DNA from: a virus
Taxonomy: Duplodnaviria > Caudoviricetes
DNA: 64,000 nt
Strand: one strand, 5' to 3'
Virus record (IMG/VR): IMGVR_UViG_3300037466_002533
Coordinates: 1-64,000 of that record
Both the position numbers and the translations under genes were made by a program. Shown piece by piece: positions 45,822-52,055 of this stretch (the stretch's first letter is position 1; the number at the start of each line of letters is the position of its first letter). A model generated the notes under the pieces. It had not been told where the DNA came from. It was given only the letters and a program-made list of their open reading frames with translations, and ran no database searches.

Positions 45822-45894
45822 GGTTCCGATATAAGGGTGGGATCGGTTGGGTTTCCATTATGAGTGAAGTAACCGAACCCAGCACACCGGAACC
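45822..45894 (-). ncRNA. minimal Y RNA (YrlB-like, no tRNA domain)
   Basis: GGTTCC GGTGTG ... GTTACTTC ... TTATATC GGAACC; same terminal motifs as the two adjacent YrlA. Confidence 0.7.
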
Positions 45895-45906
45895 GATGTC
45901 ACGAGT

Positions 45907-45924
45907 AGTGTAGCACAATCTTTT
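45907..45924 (-). promoter_or_regulatory. AAAAGATT-N4-TANNNT promoter for minimal Y RNA and rsr
   Basis: minus strand AAAAGATT GTGC TACACT. Confidence 0.55.
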
Positions 45925-45932
45925 TGCATGGC

Positions 45933-46071
45933 GGACAGATATAGAGGCGGCCTTGGTCTTTCGTCAGCCCGCTCTACCACTTGAGCTACCAGCCCCGAAA
46001 TGGAACTGGACGGGATTCGAACCCGCAACCTAGCTGGTTCATAGAAGTATCCATGACCTGCGCACCTGTCC
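45933..46071 (-). ncRNA. yrlA: YrlA-type Y RNA 1
   Basis: GGACA GGTGCG...GATACTTC...GCGGG TTCGAAT CCCGT CCAGTTCC ATTTC GGGGCTGG TA GCTC AAGTGGTA GAGC...TATATC TGTCC. Confidence 0.88.
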
Positions 46072-46083
46072 TACCAGGTAGCT

Positions 46084-46214
46084 GAGCAGATATAAGTCGC
46101 ACGAGGAAATGTTAGCGCTCTGCCATTGAGCTACCGCCCCATTGGAGCGGCCGGGACTCGAACCCGGATCTCTCTGTTCATAATCAGAAGTAACCTCGAA
46201 CTACGCACCTGCTC
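46084..46214 (-). ncRNA. yrlA: YrlA-type Y RNA 2
   Basis: GAGCA GGTGCG...GTTACTTC...CCGGG TTCGAGT CCCGG CCGCTCC AAT GGGGCGG TA GCTC AATGGCA GAGC...TTATATC TGCTC. Confidence 0.88.
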
Positions 46215-46301
46215 TGGTGAGGATGGAGGGATTCGAACCCCCTAAGCCAATGGCGGCGCGGTTACGGCGCGCTACGACCACTCCATCGTCGTCGCATCCT
46301 C
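46215..46301 (-). tRNA. tRNA-Tyr(GTA), CCA encoded
   Basis: long variable arm, loop CC-GTA-AC, A73. Confidence 0.82.
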
Positions 46302-46451
46302 AGATTCACCGCTTGACCTGCCATACCGTTGCGCAATACGAAGGCAGTATCTTCATGTCTCCTCAAACCAGTCGGGGACGACACTTCTGGCCCTGCCCTG
46401 GCTGACATTGACTGGCTAGTTATCGCAGGCCGCAGGCGGTGAAGGCCATAG

Positions 46452-46524
46452 CACGGGTGACAAGATTCGAACTCGCAACCAACGACTTTGGAGATCGCTG
46501 CTCTCCCAATTGAGCTACACCCGT
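46452..46524 (-). tRNA. tRNA-Trp(CCA)
   Basis: cloverleaf, loop CT-CCA-AA, G73. Confidence 0.92.
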
Positions 46525-46553
46525 ATATGTTCTCTGTTGAGTTGTCTTGTGAC

Positions 46554-46570
46554 AGCCTACGCTATCTCTT
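46554..46570 (-). promoter_or_regulatory. AAGAGATA-N3-TANNNT promoter
   Basis: minus strand AAGAGATA GCG TAGGCT. Confidence 0.5.
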
Positions 46571-46754
46571 ACCTGTCCGCAACCAGCTTTTCGAGCTGGC
46601 TCGGGTCGGTGGCCTTCGAGTGATTGTCTCCCCGGTACCGGACGAACACCCAGGTGTTGTTGACCGAGGTGATGACCCCGTCCTCCCTGGAGCCGTTGCC
46701 GTTCTTGTACACAACTCCGGCGCCCAGGAGGCTCTTGGCCTCTTCGATCGTCAT
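46569..46754 (-). CDS. hypothetical protein (61 aa)
   Basis: GGAGGAG RBS. Confidence 0.65.
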   Translation of the reverse strand: MTIEEAKSLLGAGVVYKNGNGSREDGVITSVNNTWVFVRYRGDNHSKATDPSQLEKLVADR

Positions 46755-46778
46755 AGCTCCTCCATGCGATCTTCCTAG

Positions 46779-46853
46779 CGATTCGTACGGGATTCGAACC
46801 CGTGTTCTCCACCGTGACAGGGTGGCGCTTTCGGCCAGCTAAGCTAACGAACC
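46779..46853 (-). tRNA. tRNA-Asp(GTC)
   Basis: cloverleaf, loop CT-GTC-AC, G73. Confidence 0.93.
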
Positions 46854-46854
46854 T

Positions 46855-46928
46855 TGGGGTGGCCGGACGGTAATGATCCGTCTTCCCCGCAGTCACAGTG
46901 CAGTGCATTACCTTTATGCTACGGCCAC
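46855..46928 (-). tRNA. tRNA-His(GTG), T loop ATCATTA, CCA encoded
   Basis: loop CT-GTG-AC, C73; encoded -1 base is T. Confidence 0.82.
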
Positions 46929-46930
46929 AG

Positions 46931-47002
46931 TACCGGTACCCTGAGTCGAACAGGGGCACGGAGGGTATGAGTCTCCTGCTCTCGCCACTGAGCTATACCG
47001 GC
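46931..47002 (-). tRNA. tRNA-Met or Ile2 (CAT)
   Basis: cloverleaf, loop CT-CAT-AC. Confidence 0.85.
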
Positions 47003-47036
47003 ATATGTAGTTGTAATTTCCTGCGACTTAATTGCG

Positions 47037-47109
47037 CTGCCCCCGAAGGATTCGAACCTCCACCCAAGACATTCAGAATGTCCGACACTGCCGATTATGC
47101 TAGAGGGCA
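47037..47109 (-). tRNA. tRNA-Gln(CTG)
   Basis: U1-A72, loop TT-CTG-AA, G73. Confidence 0.88.
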
Positions 47110-47125
47110 CTGTTCAGCTATGTAG

Positions 47126-47199
47126 TGGCGGGGGCCAGATTCGAACTGACGACCTTCAGCTTATGAGGCTGACGAGCTACCGAGCTGCTCTACCCCGCA
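47126..47199 (-). tRNA. tRNA-Met(CAT), initiator-like
   Basis: U1-C72 mismatch and fMet-type D arm GAGCAGCTCGGTAGCTC. Confidence 0.85.
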
Positions 47200-47364
47200 T
47201 TGATCTGGAGCCTTCCTTTACAGGGCGCTCCAGCATACCCCGGCCGCAGTGCGGTGATCTTCCGCAGTAACGGACTTTGATCGATGGCTTCGTCCCCAGA
47301 TGCCTTTTCGCTAAGTGGCACCATGATATGGGGATAACCCAACCATCGATCCTCTTTGGTGTGG

Positions 47365-47374
47365 ATTCTACACA
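47365..47374 (-). promoter_or_regulatory. extended -10 element
   Basis: minus strand TGTG TAGAAT upstream of the structured spacer at 47205-47345. Confidence 0.4.
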
Positions 47375-47391
47375 GTTCGAACCCTAACCAG

Positions 47392-47460
47392 TGGAGGATA
47401 CCGGAATCGAACCGGTCTAGGGACCGTGCAAAGGTCCCGTGATTTCCCAGATCATCCCCC
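47392..47460 (-). tRNA. tRNA-Ala(TGC), reduced D arm
   Basis: G3-U70, GGGACC-TTTGCAC-GGTCCC, 69 nt. Confidence 0.78.
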
Positions 47461-47563
47461 GGGGAACAGCTATTAAGTTAGGAACGTCACCACATGCCTA
47501 CTAGGATAGCCAACATCAAAATGGATCTCAGCGGATCATCCTAAGCACTATTCAGTTGTCGAG

Positions 47564-47634
47564 CACCCCATGGCGGTTACGATCCGCCTCCGCCTGACTG
47601 AGAATCAGGAAGACTGCCATTATCCGAATGGGGC
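47564..47634 (-). tRNA. tRNA-Glu(CTC), T loop ATCGTAA
   Basis: loop TT-CTC-AG. Confidence 0.8.
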
Positions 47635-47808
47635 TTGTTGTGCCGGTCGAGCGGGCCTGGTAGGCGGCCAACCACCGGCACTAGGGTAGGAATCCGGACC
47701 CTATCCGGCCCTTCCCCCAGCCACTGCCGCCCCGGCTACCACCCCGGTTTAGCATTTCCATGGGAGCAGTTTATGTCGAAAGACGACAGTTCCATACTCC
47801 AGGGAACG

Positions 47809-47881
47809 TACACCCGGCAGGACTCGAACCTGCGATAAGCTGTGTGTAAAACAGCCGCCTTAGCCGCTAGACGACGGGTGC
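47809..47881 (-). tRNA. tRNA-Val(TAC)
   Basis: cloverleaf, loop TT-TAC-AC, A73. Confidence 0.9.
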
Positions 47882-47889
47882 AAGATTTG

Positions 47890-48135
47890 ATGAGCTACTA
47901 AGCCTGGCCGGGTACCCTCGGCAACTGTCGGCTGTTCGCTCACTGGATCGCTGAGCCTCACCGCTCCCATCCGGCTCTCCAGACCCTGGTGAGGGGCCTC
48001 GGAGCTAACGTCTCTGTGAAGTTAGGTGCCCTGTTAGCCGGGGCCAGGCCCGGGACCGTTGTTACCCATTGTCCCGGAGCAGGGGCGGAGATTATGTGTG
48101 ACCCTCACCCTCTCCGCTAGGTGAGGCACGTCTTG
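47890..48135 (-). ncRNA. unassigned pseudoknotted structured RNA heading the tRNA array
   Basis: H-type pseudoknot CCTCACC/GGTGAGG with GCGGAGA/TCTCCGC; CCGGGAC hairpin; GCCTGGCC/GGCCAGGC closing a multibranch domain. Confidence 0.55.
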
Positions 48136-48147
48136 GTGATGTCTGAG

Positions 48148-48165
48148 ACTCTACACTAAAAGATA
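48148..48165 (-). promoter_or_regulatory. promoter at head of RNA island
   Basis: minus strand TATCTTTT AGTG TAGAGT. Confidence 0.45.
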
Positions 48166-48330
48166 CGGTGGCGCAAGTGGTTTTTGAGGAGGGGATGGCT
48201 GACCCGGACTATCTATCGCCGACCACCTTCGCCCGGACCCATTGCCGACGGCTCGGCCTTCCCCTTGGTGCGTCTTTGAAGTTGTCCCTATATCTTAGAC
48301 TATGGACCCTGTCTTGTCCATACTATCTCT

Positions 48331-48795
48331 TCAGTGGTTGTCGTCCAGGCGGGCCTGCAGCTCCTCCGCCGTGATGTACCCCTTCCTGAGGGACGTTAGG
48401 CCCGACTTGACCCTCCATCGATACACGGCGAAGTCCACCGTGTCGACCGGCGTCACCACCAGTTCGGCATCGTTGAACTTGACCGACATGGTGTAGCCGG
48501 TCTCCTGGGTCTCCCGGAGCATCTCCTTGGCCAGGTCATTCACGTATCGGCCGAGCGCGACGTGGCCCGGAACGGTCTTGGTGATCCCGTTGGGCTTGAC
48601 CGGCTCCTTGGCAGTGATCTCCACTCCGGCCTGGTGTGCGGCGAAGGCTCGGTTCCTCCGAACGGAGATGTCCTCATCGCCGACCTGCGGCCCAGGCATG
48701 ATTCTGGCGCCGCAGGTGCAAAGGTCCGGCGTACTACCGAGCATGCCCAAGGCTGCCCGCTGGTGTTGTTCCAGCACGTCTCTGACGCTACTCAT
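48331..48795 (-). CDS. hypothetical protein (154 aa)
   Basis: ORF with CTCG. Confidence 0.6.
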   Translation of the reverse strand: MSSVRDVLEQHQRAALGMLGSTPDLCTCGARIMPGPQVGDEDISVRRNRAFAAHQAGVEITAKEPVKPNGITKTVPGHVALGRYVNDLAKEMLRETQETGYTMSVKFNDAELVVTPVDTVDFAVYRWRVKSGLTSLRKGYITAEELQARLDDNH

Positions 48796-48796
48796 C

Positions 48797-49267
48797 TCAC
48801 TCCTCCGTTCCGAAGATGTCGACGCCGTTCTCCATCATGATGATCTTGAGGATGAAGGACGCCTCTATGCCCATCATCTTCTCCACCAGGGACAGCTCCT
48901 CCTGGCAGAACCGCCAGTCGTGATTGCCGGGGGTGCGGGCGTGAGCCAGCTCGTGCAGCACGACCAGCTCGCGCATGGCCCAGCGGTCCAGCAGTGGGAT
49001 GGCGATGGTGTTGGTGTCCCGTTCATAGTGGGACTTGGTCTGACCTCGGCGCTCGCGCACCTTCGGCGGATCCATGCCCAGGATCTTGCAGACCTGTGCC
49101 AGGTAGGCCTCGATGTTGGCTAGCTGGCCGAAGTTCCGCTCCATCGGAACGATGATCTTGGAGCCAGCTATCTCAATGATCGGGTAGTCGTACTGCCGCT
49201 TCAGGATCCGGCCGAACTCGTCCTCGGCGTCGTAGACGCGCTGCCGCTGGCCGTCGCGCACGCTCAT
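48797..49267 (-). CDS. TIGR04338-family HEXXH metallohydrolase (Rv0185-like)
   Basis: RDGQRQRVYDAE N-terminus, AHY-like KSHY, AIP, RWAMRELVVLHELAH. Confidence 0.8.
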   Translation of the reverse strand: MSVRDGQRQRVYDAEDEFGRILKRQYDYPIIEIAGSKIIVPMERNFGQLANIEAYLAQVCKILGMDPPKVRERRGQTKSHYERDTNTIAIPLLDRWAMRELVVLHELAHARTPGNHDWRFCQEELSLVEKMMGIEASFILKIIMMENGVDIFGTEE

Positions 49268-49431
49268 TCGTTACCTTCCAGATAGGTAGCGATGAGCGCC
49301 GTATCGGCGGTGTGGTACTCCACACCCGCTTCCTCAGCAGCCTCGATCGCTGCCATGCGCTTCCTCGGGGTTGCCTTGTTCCAGTCATCCAACATCTGCC
49401 TGATGATCTCGCGGATCTCCTGAACGGTCAT
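49264..49431 (-). CDS. small hypothetical protein (55 aa)
   Basis: start reset to ATG after promoter. Confidence 0.5.
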   Translation of the reverse strand: MTVQEIREIIRQMLDDWNKATPRKRMAAIEAAEEAGVEYHTADTALIATYLEGNE

Positions 49432-49438
49432 GATGGTG

Positions 49439-49459
49439 ATTCTACCCTTCCAAAAGATA
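49439..49459 (-). promoter_or_regulatory. promoter with TATCTTTT box, 7-nt spacer and TAGAAT
   Basis: minus strand TATCTTTT GGAAGGG TAGAAT. Confidence 0.5.
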
Positions 49460-49594
49460 GATGTCCACCGGACTCGCGAAGGTCCCGCTCGCGGCATCCC
49501 CATCCCCGGCACAGCCACACATCGACCAAGCGCCCGATCAGGGTTTTGATCACGTAGTGCCGTTGCCACCGTCCGCAGTACGGACAGGTGGGGA

Positions 49595-49792
49595 TCACTG
49601 CTCCTTCTTGGTGCCGGGCAAGCCGTCCTGGACATAGCCGCAGAACAGCATGCCGGACTCGTTGCGGTAGTAGAACATCCCCCGGGCTACGCGGGTGACC
49701 ATGCAGATGTCGGGGCGGGCGGTCCCGGCCTTCGGGCTGCCGACGATCATGCTCTTGTGGGCGAACCGGTCGCCGCGCTTGATGTTGTTCAC
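49595..49792 (-). CDS. small hypothetical protein (65 aa)
   Basis: GTGA overlap with upstream gene. Confidence 0.5.
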   Translation of the reverse strand: MNNIKRGDRFAHKSMIVGSPKAGTARPDICMVTRVARGMFYYRNESGMLFCGYVQDGLPGTKKEQ

Positions 49793-50034
49793 AGACCAGC
49801 ACTTCCCATCACGATGAGTGCGACGATGATGATAGCGATCGTCAGCAGGAACAGCGACCCCACGACGGCGTTCTCCGCCGTGGTGTGCCGGGGCTGGGGA
49901 GGGTACTGCCAGCAGCAGTCGCACAGGATGCCGTCATCGGTCGTCCAGTACTGCTGACCCTCCGGGACCGGCCGGTGGCATGTGTCGCAGTCCACCGACC
50001 GGCCCAGGACAGCCGTGAGACGCCTGGCGGTCAT
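49789..50034 (-). CDS. zinc-binding membrane protein (81 aa)
   Basis: CDTC...CDCC and C-terminal TM helix. Confidence 0.6.
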   Translation of the reverse strand: MTARRLTAVLGRSVDCDTCHRPVPEGQQYWTTDDGILCDCCWQYPPQPRHTTAENAVVGSLFLLTIAIIIVALIVMGSAGL

Positions 50035-50882
50035 ACCAGGGCCTTCCGGGCACCGCCGAGGGCCGCCGAGCCCCCCAAACGCGCACGGCGGCCTGCCGAG
50101 TCACCAGCGCCGGTGGCGTGGGACGAATGCGAACCGGCCTGGCTGCCCTTCCAGGTGCCACGGGCCTTGCTGTGGGTCTTATAGAAGTCCTGGACCTCCA
50201 GCTCGGTGGCGCGGATCGCCAGGGCGGTCGAGGTGGACCCCTCAGCCACTCGACCCTCCAGATAGTCCTGCTCGTTCCGTAGCGCCTCGTCATCCAGCGC
50301 CTGCTGCTCGGCTTGCTTCTTGGCCTCCGTCAGGCGGGTCCCGATGCGGTTGGCGTAGGCCTCCTGGAAGTTGATCCGGGCGGTCCGGCCGGACACCGGG
50401 AAGTGGCCCCAGTCGCGGTAGGATCCCCAGGCTTCGTCGTGATACGTGCCGATGCGCAAGACCGTCTCGTTCTTGTACTCGCCCTTGCGGATGTAGGCGT
50501 CGGATGCCGCCACCATCTGCGGGAGCACGGAGGCGTAGATCGCCTCGGTCAGCTCGATGTCCTCGGCGAAACCGAAGGCGATCACGTAGGTGGAGTTGTG
50601 GGCGATGTTGAACTTGACGTTGTTCGCCCTGCCGATGGCCAGGAACAGGTCGCAGTAGGTGCCCAGGCCCTTCTTGCCAGCATCGCCGATGCTGATGGTG
50701 CGCTGGATCGGCGTCTGGCGCCGCTCTTTCTGGGCGGTGATCTGCCGGGCCTTCGCCAGGTCGATGGAGTAGGTGGTGGCCAGGCGCTGCGCGGCCTGCA
50801 GGTAGGCGTCGGCTTCGTGCTCGTTCTTGGTGCTCTCGGCCTTGCGCAGCAGGTTGCCAATCTTGACCAGGATGTCTGACAT
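50031..50882 (-). CDS. DUF2786-domain protein (Rv0184-like)
   Basis: ILVKIGNLLRKAESTKNEHEADAYLQAAQRLATTYSID; start reset to ATG 50882. Confidence 0.82.
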   Translation of the reverse strand: MSDILVKIGNLLRKAESTKNEHEADAYLQAAQRLATTYSIDLAKARQITAQKERRQTPIQRTISIGDAGKKGLGTYCDLFLAIGRANNVKFNIAHNSTYVIAFGFAEDIELTEAIYASVLPQMVAASDAYIRKGEYKNETVLRIGTYHDEAWGSYRDWGHFPVSGRTARINFQEAYANRIGTRLTEAKKQAEQQALDDEALRNEQDYLEGRVAEGSTSTALAIRATELEVQDFYKTHSKARGTWKGSQAGSHSSHATGAGDSAGRRARLGGSAALGGARKALV

Positions 50883-50943
50883 GGGGCTGTGACCCTCCAT
50901 GGGACGTGCCGGTCGACTGGGTGCCACCGGCGGTACAGGGACA

Positions 50944-50965
50944 ATCATACCACATGGAAAAGATA
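50944..50965 (-). promoter_or_regulatory. promoter with TATCTTTT box, 8-nt spacer and TATGAT
   Basis: minus strand TATCTTTT CCATGTGG TATGAT. Confidence 0.6.
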
Positions 50966-51002
50966 GTCTGGCAAGACTCGCTGATCAGGATGGGTTGTGC
51001 CC

Positions 51003-51024
51003 TATCTTTTTGGTGTGGTAGGAT
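51003..51024 (+). promoter_or_regulatory. divergent promoter with TATCTTTT box, 8-nt spacer and TAGGAT
   Basis: TATCTTTT TGGTGTGG TAGGAT. Confidence 0.6.
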
Positions 51025-51063
51025 GGATGCTGTCAGGGTCACTGCCACCCCGGGAGACACCAG

Positions 51064-51375
51064 ATGACCACCACCGTGACCGGCCAGCTCGTCTTCGAGA
51101 TCGCCGCGTGCGACGGCCACTTCCGCTACAACGTTACCTTCCAGGGGCCGGACGCCTCGGCGCAGGCGATGACCTACATCGAGCGCCAGGAAAAGAAGCA
51201 CCAGCGCTCGGACGGCCTGGGCCAGATCGTGTGGGACCTCGACTTCGACCGTTCCGACGAGTCGCTGGTCTCCGAGGAGCTGTCCTCCTTCCTGTGGCCG
51301 TCTTGCGAGCACGGGCTGAGCCTGCGGCTCTGCGCCGGTCCGGGCCACTACCCGATCTATCACCCCTACAACTGA
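51064..51375 (+). CDS. hypothetical protein (CEHG...CAGPGHYP)
   Basis: GGGAG RBS, phage codon usage. Confidence 0.65.
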   Translation: MTTTVTGQLVFEIAACDGHFRYNVTFQGPDASAQAMTYIERQEKKHQRSDGLGQIVWDLDFDRSDESLVSEELSSFLWPSCEHGLSLRLCAGPGHYPIYHPYN

Positions 51376-51417
51376 TCCCGCCCGTCCCGATTCCCCACCT
51401 GCACGAGGAGAAGAGTC

Positions 51418-52053
51418 ATGAAGTTCGACCCGATTGCCCGAACCCTGACCCTGGAGTCCACCGACTGTCGGAACTGCTCCGGCGGCCGAGCCGGGGCAGG
51501 ACGTCAGTTCGCCCGGAAGACCTGCCTGGACTGCGGCGGCTCCGGCAAGGGCAAGCGCGGCAAGCGTGGCGGCTGCAACAAGTGCATCGGCCAGGGCACG
51601 GTCATCGACTTCGACAACACGGTGCTCTGCCCGGTCTGCCAGGGCGACTTCCAGGACGCCTCGTTCGAGAACTGGTGCGATACCGCACCGTCGGCGGCCA
51701 TGGCCACTCTGGAAGTCCAGGTCGTCCGGCAGAACCGGGAGACCACCTGGAACGAGCAGTTCCTCGGGGTCAACTGCTTCTGGTCCTGCACCGACTACGG
51801 CACCCAGTGGGACAAGGGCGAGGCGGGTGATCGCGAGCTGGCGGTGTCGGTGTACAACGAACTGTGCAACAGCCGTGTGCAGGCCGTCAAGCTGTGGCCG
51901 CGCAGCCAGTACGACTCGAAGGCCACCACCATGCCGATGCCGGAGCGGGCGTACGTGATCGTCAGCCGCAGCGGCTACTCGGTGCGTCCGGAGGTCCCGC
52001 GTGTGACCGGCGCGTTGCCCCGGAACACCTACGACGCGATCATCTCGGAGTGA
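51418..52053 (+). CDS. protein with DnaJ-type CxxCxGxG zinc finger
   Basis: CRNCSGG, CLDCGGSG, CNKCIGQG, CPVCQG. Confidence 0.7.
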   Translation: MKFDPIARTLTLESTDCRNCSGGRAGAGRQFARKTCLDCGGSGKGKRGKRGGCNKCIGQGTVIDFDNTVLCPVCQGDFQDASFENWCDTAPSAAMATLEVQVVRQNRETTWNEQFLGVNCFWSCTDYGTQWDKGEAGDRELAVSVYNELCNSRVQAVKLWPRSQYDSKATTMPMPERAYVIVSRSGYSVRPEVPRVTGALPRNTYDAIISE

Positions 52054-52055
52054 CC

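Noticed and set aside
45802-45918. 39-aa N-terminal extension of Ro
   Set aside because: Overlaps the promoter and minimal Y RNA; GGAGG precedes GTG 45801
38600-48200. CRISPR array or tandem repeat suggested by recurring TTCGAA/GAGCTA motifs
   Set aside because: The recurrences are T- and D-loop motifs of tRNAs; there is no constant repeat with unique spacers, and the Cas4-like gene is a common phage nuclease
38600-48200. tmRNA, expected in Bxz1-like phages
   Set aside because: No pair of tmRNA-type 5' and 3' ends enclosing a tag ORF found; the G3-U70 element at 47392 is a complete tRNA-Ala
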